Origin: Thalia democratica
Taxonomy: Eukaryota
Direction of reading: 5' to 3'
DNA length: 64,000 bases
Assembly (NCBI GenBank): GCA_965202585.1
Contig: OZ241826.1
Coordinates: 48,112,001-48,176,000 of the forward strand
In this document: positions 24,644 through 38,322 of the stretch, in pieces
How positions within the stretch are numbered: position 1 is the stretch's first letter
Layout of the letters: every line of letters starts with the position of its first letter
The notes under the pieces: generated by a model
Told to the model about the DNA's origin: nothing
Database searches by the model: none
Seen by the model: the letters and a program-made list of their open reading frames with translations, nothing else
Made by a program: the position numbers and the translations under genes

Positions 24644-27600
24644 ACTTTTCGTTTTAGTTTATAGATAATTAAATTTTTTGCTGTAAATATTATTTCACAA
24701 ACAAGTCTTATACTTTCTTTGTAACATTAGAAGCGTGATGAGTTTAAACAACAAGTGTTATACTCAACAACAAAGTATCTTTTTCAACCTTATAAGATTT
24801 ATGGTTTTTTCAACCTCGTAATTAAAACTAAGTTTGATGTTTTATTTGAAAATGTAGTTTTGAATAGAGCAATTTTACCAGCAAAAAATAATAAGTCCTT
24901 AAGTCATATAATTCTATGTCAAAAGTATTATATTCAGTCAAAGTCGAAAAAATTTTCCATCAATAATGTTTTATATTTATCATAAAAAATAACTACATTC
25001 TTAAAAATGTAAACTGATAAACATTTTAGTGGTAACAAATATTAAACAAAACAAGTTTGTTATAATTAGCATTATATATAACGTATGATGAGTGAAGTTA
25101 ATACAAAAATAAACTTATATTCTTAATTATTTTTTTATTAATAATATGACTTTTATAAAACATTTGATAGATTAATCTTATCTAAGGTTTTATACTTTTC
25201 AAAAATATTATACAGTCACAATTTATTTTGCTTGTTTTCAAATTTGAACATATATACTAAAATATCAACACATATAAAAATATTTTAAGTTATTAAAACG
25301 TAAAACAGTACGATTAAAAACTAATACAAATACAATGTACTTTACCAGCTTAAAATATGAATCAATGATTGCTCAAGTGTAGTTTCTGGACACCAAAATT
25401 TTAATCTCTTTACCTCAATTGTCGAAAATTGCATTAAGTTTTTGTTTAAAAAAATTTTCATTGAAATCTTTTCACAACATAAACAAATGTTCTTAAAACG
25501 TTGTTTTCGAATAAATAAAAGCAATAGTTTGATACTCAATATTTATAATTTTCTTTAACTTATTTATACAGTTGAAAATATGCCTGGCAACAACAGCTTT
25601 GATTAAACTTACTCTTACTTTAATAAGCTGTCATGTTTTATTCTTAAACCTTTTTCCACACTTACTAAAACAAAAATTAGTCGTTGCAAACAAACTTAAA
25701 CGTTTCTAAATGTAATCTAAAATATTTTTAAAACGGTGACCTTAAAGATACTTGATTGATAGAATCTTGAGCCTTACTTAAAGGCTGTTTACTCTAAAGG
25801 GTGTTTCTAATTTTTTCTGCACAGCGTTGATTTTTATTGATAATTTTTTTTTAGAAACATACTCTGTCTGTATCAGGTAGTATACATCTTTACGTTGCTG
25901 ATAACAAATAACAGCTTTAGACTTTAGTAAAGTTTTAAGGTATTTCAATTCAAATAAAATTTTGCTCTTTTGGTAGTTGTTGCTAAATATAAAACCGTCG
26001 CAGTTTACTGATGGTTGTTAGTAAAAATTGATAATATATAAAAAAATATACAGTAATTTACAATTGAATTAACAAAGAGATATTTAATAATTATACAGTT
26101 CGATATTTTCTATGATAGATTACCTGGTATGTGCTATTAGTTTGATTTTCAGTAAACACTTGTGATAAATAAATTTTTGTTACATTATAGTGGTTTATTG
26201 AACAAAAATGAAAAATGTCTAAACATTTCTTGGTTCAAGGATGGAAACACAAAAGACCTCCCGGTCATCGAGTTGCATACCCAAGTTAATCAAAATTATA
26301 ATGAGATAAAAATGAAAAAGAAAGGAAAAATAACTTTACAGTCAAAATTTAAACTCTAAAACGAAAAACTCTATGAAAAATGAGACTATAAACTTACAAA
26401 ATTAAATATTTTTCAAAAAAAAAATTCAAAAAATAAAAATAAATTGTATTCAACATTATACAAACATAAAATATATATTGAACTCTTCTTTAAAAGGTAA
26501 AGTTTCAATCTGAAATGTTTTTAATTTTTAATTTTATCAATAATTTTAGCAAATAATTTAAAATTTTTAATGACTTTAAAAAAATAAAAAATAAATTAAA
26601 TAAATTAATAAATTTAAAGCTTTTTTAGAAAGTATGTTTAAGAATTTAGATTCTACCATCAACTTACTTATATACTGTACAACTTATTTATATACTATCA
26701 ACTTTTTTATAGGACTGCTTTCTAAAGAGGTTTTTTTAATTTTTTCAGTTTAGGTTTTACAAAACAGAGGCCAACGAAACTTTTGTATAATTAATCTTGC
26801 CTGCCGACTAAAAAAGTTTTCCTTTCTTCTAGCCTAGAATAATAAAGATCAATTACTAGTTCTATGCATCACTGTGTTAAGTAAGAAAAGACAGTCATTT
26901 GAATTATTCTAACGTCTTATTTTCTATACTTCAAAACTGTTCTTATACGCTAAGTATCTTACAAATATTTCATTCTATTTATTTTATGAAGTCTTAAAAT
27001 AGGAAATTTTCAAAAAGTACAAATTTTGAAGTTTTGAAGTTATTTTAATAGACATTTATTTAGTCATGATAAAACATTCAAAGAATGATAGTGTAGAGTG
27101 TAATTTTTTTTGGGTTTTTGAGAAGATTTAAAAATAAATAAAACACTTTTAAATTATGTACGTTTTCATTTAAGATAAAATTAAGACATAAAGCATTTGT
27201 ATTTAAGCAAAATTTTTTTTTTTTACAATCAAATTTGTTTTTGAATGTAAAATAAGAAACAGTTCTTTAAGATTTGTTATAAAACATAAAATTATTTATT
27301 ATACTACATTTTATGAATAATTTCAAAAGTAAAGCGTTTTATATTTTTTGTGTGTTTATTTAAAACATCGAAAACAAGTCTTGTTTTACTACTAGATGTG
27401 GAAAAATAATAAACTATCGTAAATAAAAAATTGGTACTTAAAGAGGAGCTACTTGTATTACATTACTTTTAAGTATATTTATTTTCAATCTTTTATAAAA
27501 CCCTTTCATAAATTTCAAACTTAAACATTGTTTTAAGTTTAAATTCAGCAGTGAAATTTTGTTTAAAAACTGTAGAAATTTAAGTAAGCACTTTTATAGG

Positions 27601-29377
27601 GATAAAAAATTAAGGTACGATCAACCTTTTCTTTTATATATACACTATCGAGGAAAAATTATTTACTCTTACTTAGTACTTATAAATAAGTATTTATTTC
27701 TATGAATATAGTATATATGTTTATAAATGGCTATTATTTAAGACTATATAAGGAGTGAAAAACCATGTTGCTGGAATATTGTTAGACAGCTATAAAATAG
27801 TTTAAAATAATACAGAATAAAAGCAATTAGAGTACGTGTTATTTTTGTAAAAAGACACCCAGTACTTTTATTTAAACAACATATTAAAGTTAACCAATAA
27901 TATTTGTTGTTATAAGTTATTAAAACAAACACGTTTAGATCTTTATAAGTTTTTTGAGTTTTATAATAAAGAAATTATAAAACCTCTTTTAAATCTTCTT
28001 TCTTTTTTCCTGCCATGAAATTAGGATTTTCTTAAGTTTTTACATCTTAAAATATAAAAAATCAGAAAAACCAAAAATCATTATTACATATATTTTTTAA
28101 CTTTTCTTATTATTTAAAGTAACAAAATAAAAGTTCAAAAGACTTAAGTTTGTGGAAAATTTGTGTATTAAAGTCTTATTTGTTAAAGAAATTAATATTT
28201 TTTTTTCCTTTTTATTTTTGAAATGTTATTCAGCAATAAAACTTTTTTTTTTTAAAGTAGCTTTACGATTAAAATTGTGTTTTTGGAGCAAGTTGTTTCT
28301 CTGTTTTTACTTTTTATTTCATCCAAATTAGTACTTTGCTAATCACAAAACTATAAGAAGTTTCTTAATTAGCTAAGCGTGTTTCTCAGTGATTTCAGTA
28401 ACTATTACATATCTAAGCTGAAGCAGTAGCAGTTTTCATTGTATTTGAGTCAATAGATTGTAAATAAATGTAGTAAGAATATGTAGCAATCTACCAATAA
28501 TAAAACTGAGCAGCTATACAGAAATGTTTTATGTTATATACTTATGAATTGATATAGTGTTGATTAAGCTGTATTTTTTTACTTATTACTGCGAAAAAAT
28601 ATTTATCATAATTAAAACTTACTAATAAAACAAAATAAGTTAAATTTTAGATTTATATTAACTTGGTATAATAATTTAGAATACAACCTTGTTTCTTTAA
28701 ATCAAAGATATACCTTTTAAAAGTTTTATTGATACACCAACTAATTTAAACTTTTCTACTAGGATGTTTCTTTTATTTCTAGTCTAGTTCTGAATGAAAT
28801 TCTTTATCATATATTTTTGATGTTTGGTACATGCTTGAAAGGTATTCAGTGTTATTTAAAATATAAAAGTTATATTAAAATTTGTATAACAATACATTTT
28901 TACATAAAGAAAATAGCTTCCATATACTTGAACTCAAATAAGTATATTGACTGAAATTTTACAGTTAAAGTCACTAATTCTCTTATGTTTTTTAATAAAT
29001 GAATCAAAGAATGCAGTTTGTTTGTGGAGTAGTTTAAGTTGTTTAAGGCTTCTAATATAAATCCTCAGCAAAATAAGAACAAAAAATGAAAAATAATCAA
29101 CATATAGGGGTGGCTCTAAACACTTGAACTAGGGTAGGATTGATATTTTTTATGACTAAAATTAGGTTAGCATTTAACTATGTAAACAAACAAAATAAAA
29201 ATAGTTTTAAGTATCTTAAGTAATTAGTACTTTTTATAAATGTATAAGTTTTATCAGCTACCCTAAACTAAATGCCTTGAGTACCCTCAGTTACGAGCAA
29301 CTAAACTTACTGAATAATAATATTGAAATATATTGTAATTAACTTGAAACAGGTTAACGTAGTAAATAATATCAACA

Positions 29378-31312
29378 ATGTCTCAATGTATGGCTTCTCA
29401 CGGAAGAGGTTATTATAGTGGTTATGAACAAAACAGGAATGAATCACGTGGAAGAAACAACCGTTCTAAACTTTCTCAGCATGAAAAATGGTAAGTAGTG
29501 GTTTTAAATAACACAAAAATAAAATAATAAATGAAATAGTAGAAAACTAATGATAAAAAAGCAGAACAAGTTTTAAGTTTTGTTGAAGAAATTAAAAAAA
29601 AAGTAAAACTAGAAATTTGATTTATAATTTATGTAGTGTATTTTCATTACTTAAAAACAACTTAAGAGCAACAAGCTTTGACACAGTTTGCTGTGTTGTC
29701 AACTTTTTTTTTGTGTAAAAATTAAAAACTGTTACTTCTTATATATACTCAAACTTTTAGGCAGCCAGTCACGAAGCTTGGAAGTCTTGTAAAAAATGAA
29801 AAAATACTATCTTTGGAAGAAATATACCTCCTTTCAAAGCCTATTAACGAACCTGAAATTATTGATTACTTTTTGGCTGCAAAGCTCAAGGAGGAAGTTT
29901 TGAAGATAACGCCCTTTCAAAAGCAAACCAGTGAAGGTGAACGCACTAGGTTTAAGGTTAGCAAGATGTTTTTTGATTTAAATGTTTCTACTAGAATCTT
30001 TACTAGATTTTTTACTAGATCACCACATGAGCATTTTAAATGTCGATAAATTTATTTCAATAAAATGTCTATAATGATTCACATCTAACATCTTTAAAGG
30101 TGCACCTTCTAGTAAATTAAGTAGAAAAGTAAAGAGCATTTGTTTATATAGGCGTTTGTTGCTGTTGGTGATAATGAAAAGTACGTTGGAGTAGGTGTAG
30201 AAGTTTCAAAAGAAGTGTCTAAAGCGATCCGCGGTGCAGTCTCGGTTGCTAAGCTGCTAATGGTTCCCGTCAGACACGGTTATTGGGGAGATAAGAACCA
30301 ACCTCCTCATACTGTTCCTTTTGAGGTGAGTTAAAAAATATCAAAATATTTTGATTTAGTAGTTGCGCTATGGTTCTTAAAGTTCTATATTATAGTTGAA
30401 CATAAATGATAACTGAAAACTTGAATCCTGATAATAAATCGATCAAGTATAATGAAAACCTTCTAATAGAATTGTACTACTTGCTGTACAAAGTGTCGTA
30501 TATTTCGTGTTGATTCCATTATTTATTCAATAGTAAAAAAATATATAAGTTGTCGTGCAAAAAATTGACTTGTGTTGGATTAATTTTGAAATATATAAAA
30601 TAGCAAGTGCTAGCTTTGCAGTATCTTCTAGCGTTAACTCAATTACGTTTCTCTCATGGCAATCAAAACACTTTTTTTGTATTAATAGTTAGTTATAGCA
30701 TTTAAAGTATATTTATGATTTACAATTAATTGAAGTATTTTAATGTACAAAGTTTTTAAATTGTTTGTTTAAACTAAATTAAATTCTTAACTCTAAAATT
30801 ACACTAACTCAATGTTCATAGTAGGTAGATTAAAACGATGACTTTTCAAATACAAAATCCTACAGGTAAGCGGAAAATGTGAAGCAGTTGAGGTGCGTGT
30901 TTTGCCGGCCCCTCGTGGCACAGGTATCGTATCGGGACCGGTTGCTAAGAAAATACTTACACTAGGTGGCATTAAAGACTGTTTCGTCACAGTGTGCGGT
31001 GAAACAAACAATCAGGGTCATTTAGGTATATATATTCATATTAATTGATAGTTAGTGTACGAAAATATATATTAACTATTATTATTTATCTTGTTTAGTT
31101 TGTTTAAATGTTAAACAGTTTTCCAAATTTTTTTTAAAAAACAAATGCCAGTTTAGAGTATACCATTAAAAATATTTAATACGCTACAAATAAGACATTT
31201 TAAGTTTTTTCAACAGTATTAATTTAACGTTACAGCTAAAGCAATTTTGAATGCGTTGAAAGAAACCTACAGCATGTTGAAGACCCAGCTGCCAGAAGTA
31301 CAAATGTGTTGA
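29378..31312 (+). CDS. RPS2: 40S ribosomal protein S2 (uS5)-like, strongly diverged paralog, 239 aa
   Basis: Five GT-AG exons 29378-29490, 29761-29956, 30152-30325, 30866-31025, 31236-31312 total 720 nt with no stops. Motifs include [78 protein letters not shown]. Confidence 0.92.
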
Positions 31313-32520
31313 AAGTAAAACGACCAAAATAATTATGTAAGAGCATCTTCTTGGTAATGTATATAAGTTAAATATTTTACTCTTGTCTTTTTTTACCTTT
31401 GGATCTAAGTTAATTGTTTAAAAGTTATTTGTTTTTTATACTTAAATTTCATTTGTGCATTGTAAGTTCGTTAATAAAAAACTTAGTTTCTAACTGACTT
31501 TTTAGTGCTAATATAATAGAAGTATGATAGCTTTTGACGGTCAAACATATTCTCCACAATTTAACTTGCAGGTCTAAAGAAATAATATTTCATATATAAT
31601 TAAATTTTGACTTTCATAAAATTGATAATACAGTACTTCAACGATATATAAGTTTGTTTCAAAATCGTTAAAAATTTGTTAAAATAAATCGTTTAATTCA
31701 AAGATTTTATATATTTTTGTACATTAATACCGATAAGTAAATAATACAACTAAAAATATTGATAATCTAACTGGAAGTAGTTTGTAAAAAATAACGGATT
31801 GAATTAACAAATATTAGCGTTTTTTACAAACAAACTAAAAAGAAAAAACAGTCCCATCAAATTTATATTATCAGTAAGGTATTTTATTACTTACAACCAA
31901 GTACTAACTAATACAGTACATTTTCCTTAAATTTGTATTCGACTCCGATATTTTCTGATGTTTTATGTTATTAATTTACTTGAACGGTATTAATACAAAA
32001 ACCAGCATATTTTCTAATCTAAATGAAATTTAAAATTTTAAAAGATAATTTAAGTTATTTTAATCTAAATCTCTATCAATTTAAATTGTTTTCCAAAATT
32101 TTTTAGTTGTTAGATTAAAATTTACAATTTTTGTTCTGTGACAACTCTAAACAATAAATAATATCTACAAATATTATATAACACTTAAGAAACATCGTAT
32201 GTTTAATATTTTGGTCTTTTATTAATTTTTCTTTAAATTTATTGTCTCTTTTTTTCTTAAATTTTTAGTCAAAATTTAATATCTAATAACATTATTTGGA
32301 AATCTAAGAAAATAAGTCAAATATAAATTACTTACTACCTGTTTTAAACATTTAAGTAGTTTTGTTTTATATTTAAGTGTTCGACAACTGTTAAGGCTCA
32401 CTAATACTTTTTCTCGACTTTAATGTTTTTTGCAGATTTACAATAACAAAATCATCGAGTAAGAAATTGCCTATAAATAACTTTTAAGAAAAAAATGACA
32501 TTTAGATGATTAAAAGTTGT

Positions 32521-32641
32521 TTATTAAACGACAAAAAAAGCGCTCAAAGAATTGATCCTAGTATCTGGTGTACGAAAAAACTTTTTAGTTATCGAGTCGT
32601 TCATCATTTGGATACAGTTTTAACGTCATTGTCCAGGACAA
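32521..32641 (-). repeat. ~120-bp structured interspersed repeat, copy A
   Basis: Shares AAAAAAAGCGC.CAAA, GGTGTACGAAA, GTTATCGAGTCG, GGATACAGTTT and GTCATTGTCCAGGACAA with the copies at 34190, 36900, 51950 and 54821. Confidence 0.85.
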
Positions 32642-34189
32642 ATCAAGAATTTATTGTAAACAATTTTAAACTGATTTGGTAAATACTTACTTTTGTTTAC
32701 ACATTAATAAAAAGTGCATTAACATTTCAGTATACGTCTATATAAAGTAATATTTATTTTATTAAAATCAATATCAAAATATGCTATATTACTAAACAAA
32801 TACAATCCGTGCTACCTCACTTAAAAACCTTAAAACTTTCCCAGATTTTTAACTTCTACACAATACTAAGAGCTAAATAAAAATGTATGCGTTTTTACAG
32901 CTGCTGATCTTGATAGTTATAAGCTTATAAAATTAAAACTTGTTGCAGGCTCAGAAAAGGAATAAAAACTATTTATAAAATACTATTTTAAATATAAAAA
33001 AAAAAATTGAACAAAAAAAGGTATGTTGAGTATTTATTATATGATTTAAAACATTTACATACACTAAACATTCAATACGGCCTTTTACTTTTAGACTCAT
33101 TAACTTACAACTCTTTTAATAATAAAACATCTGAAATTGTTGTTTGTTTTTGGATATGTTTTGTATTTACCAATATGTTATCATTAAAAATTTGTTTTAT
33201 AGTTTTTTTTTTATTATATGTTTTTTTCAAAATGAATATGTATTGCATGATCCTTATAAAACTGATACTTGGTATTAGCAAAATATTCCTCAATATTTTT
33301 AACTAAAATAACTTTTAAATAACACTGAATATAAAACAATTGTATACTAGAAACTGTTAAATTTACGTATTTGGTCACTTAAAAATACTAACAAATACTT
33401 GGCGTGGACAAAAAAAGTGTTCAAAAGAAGCTTGTTAAACTAAAAAAAATTACAGAGACCTTTATCTTTTGAAAGTACCACAGGTTTAATAAGTTATGTG
33501 AATATTAAAACAAACTTGTAAATAATGATTTTTTGTCATATTCGATGCAAAAAGTAAAAACTTGCCGTCTTAAACATTAAAAGTTTGTTAGGAAGACTGT
33601 TATCTTGATGAGTTTGTGTAATTGTTCTATATTGAATAAAGTAAAGTACAAATTAAATTATCAATCACACAATTAGTAGAAAGATTTATAAAGTTGTATA
33701 AGTCTTATATCAAAAAATACCAAAAATGAATACGTAAAATTATTATAAGTACTCCTTTCAACGTGTTTTAAATAACTACATAATAAACGTAGCCAGAGTA
33801 AAAATCATACAATTTAATTTTCTCTATAAAACTCTATTATAAAGATCACGGAGTAAATCTTAATGCGTTTTTGAAAAACTTATTTCGCTAAAAAACTATC
33901 AAATTTTATTGGTTTAAGATCAATCAAATTTTTATCTATTTCCAATCTATTTAAAAAATTGAATATTATTTTCAAAAGTTAAGCTCTAGACAACAAAAAG
34001 TTTACATTTCCCAAACTAATATTTAAAAAAAAAAAAGTTTTTAATATATATCAGCTATAATCATTCCTACAGTATTGATTGAAAATTTTTAATTACAACA
34101 AACAAGACAGATTGACATTTTTCTTTACAACACTTTAACCATTAAATACTTTCATGTAAAAGAAAAATTTAATTTTTAATATATTTTTT

Positions 34190-34310
34190 TTATTGAACGA
34201 CAAAAAAAGCGCACAAAATATTTGGTCCTAGGACCTAGTGCACAAAAAACCTTTCGTTTATCGAGTCGCACACCACGGAACGGATACCTTTTAACGTCTT
34301 GTCCAGGAAA
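34190..34310 (-). repeat. ~120-bp structured interspersed repeat, copy B
   Basis: TTATTGAACGACAAAAAAAGCGCACAAAATATTTGGTCCTAGGACC...TATCGAGTCGCACACC...GTCTTGTCCAGGAAA. Confidence 0.85.
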
Positions 34311-34687
34311 AGGCTAGTTTTATTTTTAATACTTTAGAACTTTAAACTTACACTGATTTAACTAATCCATTAACTTACATATAAATTCCACTTACGGTTT
34401 ATCTTAATTCAAGGTTTCAAACTAAGAATGTTTTTAGATAAAGTTTTTATGTTTTATTTCTTCCGTTCGACTAAATTACTAATAATTCTTAATTTCTGTA
34501 TAATCAACGTAATTTATTTTACACATAAACTTTACTTCGTTGTTATAGACTTACAAAAAAATAATGACAATTGTATACAATATATATATATATAGAATTT
34601 AGTTATTTAACTTCATAAATCAAACCTTTCACACTGAGCCCACCTTAAGGGCTTTATTAATAAAAATATTTATTTAAAGATATAAAA

Positions 34688-34732
34688 TTTAAAGGACTCG
34701 AGTTTCGTGCTTATGCAGTCATCAGCTTCAAA
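34688..34732 (-). ncRNA. Second hammerhead ribozyme copy (inverted arm) with G10.1-to-C mismatch in stem II
   Basis: Minus strand reads TTTGAAG-CTGATGA-CTGC-ATAA-GCAC-GAAA-CTCGAG-TC/CTTTAAA. It is identical to the plus copy except at 34718. Confidence 0.85.
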
Positions 34733-34772
34733 ACAAGTTCAAAATCTTTGTTTGCTTAGATTTTGAACTTGT

Positions 34773-34817
34773 TTTGAAGCTGATGAGTGCATAAGCACGA
34801 AACTCGAGTCCTTTAAA
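34773..34817 (+). ncRNA. Minimal type I hammerhead ribozyme, intact core
   Basis: TTTGAAG-CTGATGA-GTGC-ATAA-GCAC-GAAA-CTCGAG-TC/CTTTAAA: 7-bp stem I (one G.U pair), 4-bp stem II, palindromic ACTCGAGT stem III, GUC cleavage after 34810. Confidence 0.9.
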
Positions 34818-36899
34818 TTTTACATCTTTAAATAAACAGTATAGTTCAAAATAAATTTAAATAAACAATATATATCAGTACTGGCATATGTTGTTCTTAA
34901 TTAAATTCGTAAAAGCATATTTATTTCTGATACACACTTTGCTACCTTTTTTATGAGACATCATCACTTCAAAGTATTTTGTCCTTTAATTTTAATATAT
35001 TTTTTTATTCTCTATAAAAATAAATTATTTATAGAGTGATTATTTTAGTATGATCCAAATCTGATGTATCACTTTAAGAAAAACCAAAGCAGATACAGTT
35101 CCAGCACACTTACTTGTTGTAAAACGTTTAAAAACTTAAAAAACTCACTAAAAAGTTCAAAAGATGGCGTTTCATTGTATTTTACGTTGCTTTAAGCATC
35201 TTAGTTAATATATAGTATTAGATGCTGCTAAAGTGTACTTTCACCAAGTTTAAATGTTTATACTTTTTACAAAAACGATTTTTCTTTTTAAAACTTTTAT
35301 TATAACTTTGTGAAATGGTAAAACTGCATACTTTTTAAACTATTCATAATTGTACTCGGAATTTTGATTGGTTGAAATGTTTACTTCTATATATTTTATA
35401 CATTCTTATTTATTTTAATTTATATAGTTGTTTTTCAGTTACAATTTGAAATAATAAACAAACTTTTTGATGTAAAATTGTGGGTTTTCTTTTTGTATGT
35501 ATACTCCTAATGTAAGGAGGCTTTATTAATAGGCATTTTAGTATTTCCTAAGTAAATGTTATATAAATGTGACACAACCATCAAAAATAGATTAAAATAT
35601 ATATCTAACTTTAACTAATTATGATATAAATGTTTAACCAATAAGGTTAGATTGCTGTAATTCGGTTATATTTTTGTAAGTAAATCTTAGTGTTTTATCA
35701 CCAAATTTAAGTTGGGATTAGACTTGGTTTTTAAACCGTAAAACACGTTAGTTTTTATTAAAATGAAGTTATTATATATCATTTTTAAATAAACTTTCAG
35801 GAAACTTTTCAAGCGTTTACTTTCACTCATTAAATAAAGTTTACTTCAATTTTAACTGTTTAAGATAAATAAATCTTCGTATGGCGCTAATCGCAAACAT
35901 AAAATAAATGTAACTGATAAAAAGCTGTTACTACTTTACTGAAAATTTAATTTAATCCGTCGTTCTTATTAAAATTTGTATAAAAATCAATTCAGTTTTA
36001 TTCCGCTGTACTGAGCACTTTGAACACAACTTAAAAATGCGTTCTTACTCCTTAAGTTCTGTAAAATTTCATACATTAATACTATTATGTTAGAGATAAT
36101 TTACTTCATGAAACAAGATAATCGAAAAGTTTCAATTTTTTTTAAAGTGTTAAATGATTGAATTAGTTTATAAACATATATTTTATGAATTTATAAATGT
36201 TTTTGTGTCTCAGTTTTAACTAATAAGTTTATTATTTTTTGTGCTTTATTTTAAAACGTAAAATGTGTAATACTAAATATGTTTGAGAAATATTTTAATT
36301 TACTTTTAACATTAACTTATGTTTTAAAAATTTTTAATACAAATATAAATTTTTCTAGCTAATTTTCTTAAAGCTAGTAAACTTTTCCTTCTTTATCTTT
36401 ATAACGAATTCAAAGTTGTTTAGGTGATTACAAATTGTAAATAATTTCAAATGTCTTACTTTTTTGCACAGTAAATGCACAGTAATTATTCAGCCAAAGT
36501 TTAACCGTTTTAATACAAAAAACTATAAATTTTTGTTGTTTATATTAATGTAGAATATAAGCAGAGGTTTCTAATATTCTTGTAATATTGATGTTAATAA
36601 AATTGCTCTTACTTACTTGCTCATACTTGTGGCTGATCAGATTTGTAAAACCAAAAGCTGTTCAATGTCAGTTTATAAATGAATTTGACTAATTGCATTA
36701 CTAATATATTTAAAAAATTAGTTTTAGAGAAGGTAAATCAGGATTAAATCATAAATCATACTTTCAAAACAGCAAAATGTGCTTAATAAAGAAACAAGTG
36801 TTTAATTTTTGTAGAAAGTTAAATAGCTACAGATAACATCACAGTGTGAAATAAATTGTGAAATTCACACTTAAGTTCTTGTGCATTTTATACATATTG

Positions 36900-37020
36900 T
36901 TTTTGAACGAAAAAAAAAGCGCTCAAATATTTGGTCCAAGGAGCTGGTGTACGAAAAGACCTTTCGGTTATCGAGTCATACACCAGACCAGGATACAGTT
37001 TAAAGTCATGTTCAGTACAA
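36900..37020 (-). repeat. ~120-bp structured interspersed repeat, copy C
   Basis: TGAACGAAAAAAAAAGCGCTCAAATATTTGGTCCAAGGAGCTGGTGTACGAAAAGACCTTTCGGTTATCGAGTCATACACC...GGATACAGTTTAAAGTCATG. Confidence 0.85.
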
Positions 37021-37059
37021 ACATACATGTGTCTAATAAAGCAATTACGAAGCTTAAAA

Positions 37060-37473
37060 GTGCGGCTCGAGAGCATATTTTTGATTTAAGTGGAATGCGG
37101 CCCGCAATCACGCGAATTGAGGCCGAAAAAGAAAATTTTTGAATTTTTTGCTAGATTTTCTGGGGTTTGCAACGAAAATAAAAATAAATAAGCATAATTT
37201 ACGGAAACCTTAAAATTTGCATTTCATTTCTCAGGGTCTGAAACATTTTAAACTAACAATAGAATTTCTGATGTTTGAAACGAGTTACATAAACAAAGGT
37301 CTTAGGTACAACTTTTAAGAAGCTCGAAATTTGCACTAGTTATTCTGGAGTGCACCACTATTCAAATTCGGAAAGACAAATTTTTAAAATTAAAACTACA
37401 CAGCTTCGGCTAATGAATATATAATATTTTTGAAGTTCTCAGCCCGTAACAACTATTTGCCTGCCGACCCCTG
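37060..37473. mobile_element. Charlie/Buster-type hAT MITE fragment (right end)
   Basis: GCGGCTCG/GCGGCCCG subterminal motifs and a terminus TGCCGACCCCTG followed by GACTAGAG (NNNTANNN). A similar end, TTTGCCGACCGCTG-GGCTAGTA, occurs at 48592. Confidence 0.5.
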
Positions 37474-38322
37474 GACTAGAGAGTTTCGATCTTACAATGT
37501 TAAGTTACTGCAGTTTTAAATACTGCAATTTGGATAAAAAAAAGTATAAATGTATATAATCTAACCACTAGGTACTTTAAAGAGCATTCTCTCAAACAAA
37601 AGTCACATGTTAAGGCAGTAATATAGCTTGAAAAACTTTATTACAGCTAAAGTAGGAAATCTTGACAGTTCTTAATAAAGTAAAATTTTAACACATTGTT
37701 TTAATATAAAAATAATTATTCAAGTACTTGAAAAAATAATAAAAATTTGAATTATTTTTTTCTTCTCTTTTTAAACTTAAAATAGCTAAAATATTTCAAA
37801 CTGCAAGATTACTAAACATTTTAGAAGTATGCAAGGAAGTTGAGCTTTGTTGCATCATATTAGCCCTTTCTCTTCTAAGAAATAACAAACTTAAACAAAA
37901 AAAAATCAAAAACTTTCGTCTGTTTAGCATATATTTTTTGGCAAACATTGTATAGATAACATCTCAATTTTTAAAACCTCATTTTTGAAACAAAAAGTTT
38001 TGAATTTTAGTTTTGTAAGCAATAATTAAGCATTTAAAAAAGATGAACCTATGATACAAGCTTATAAATAAGACAGAGTACTGGCTATGTTATTAGCATA
38101 AAGAAATGTATCTTTTTGTTTACAAGTAGTATTTAGTGTTCTAAAAGACATAAACAAATAATATAAATTTATTTACAAAACTAACTAAAAACCATAGATG
38201 ATATGCAGCATTAAAAGTATTTATATTTTGTTATTTATAATGACTAAACAAAGTTTTAGAAAGTTTAAAGTTGTAGTTATTAAGTTACTTTTATAACCTC
38301 ATTTTCAACAGAAAAGTACTTA

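Larger units (their letters stand above)
34669..34836. repeat. 168-bp near-perfect palindrome (79-bp arms, 77/79 match, 10-nt loop), probable inverted pseudo-LTR of a Penelope-like element
   Basis: Arm 34669-34747 is the reverse complement of 34758-34836 except at 34682 and 34718. Each arm carries a hammerhead core and ends outward in AATAAA. Confidence 0.92.

Noticed and set aside
29957-30865. snoRNAs in the RPS2-like introns (vertebrate RPS2 hosts H/ACA snoRNAs)
   Set aside because: No convincing box C/D or H/ACA architecture found by eye; a snoRNA search would be needed.
35161-35169. AAGATGGCG, a YY1-like promoter motif
   Set aside because: A single short motif with no TSS evidence; expected by chance in 64 kb.
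36858-37142. 94-aa ORF
   Set aside because: Made of repeat copy C fused to a hAT MITE fragment.
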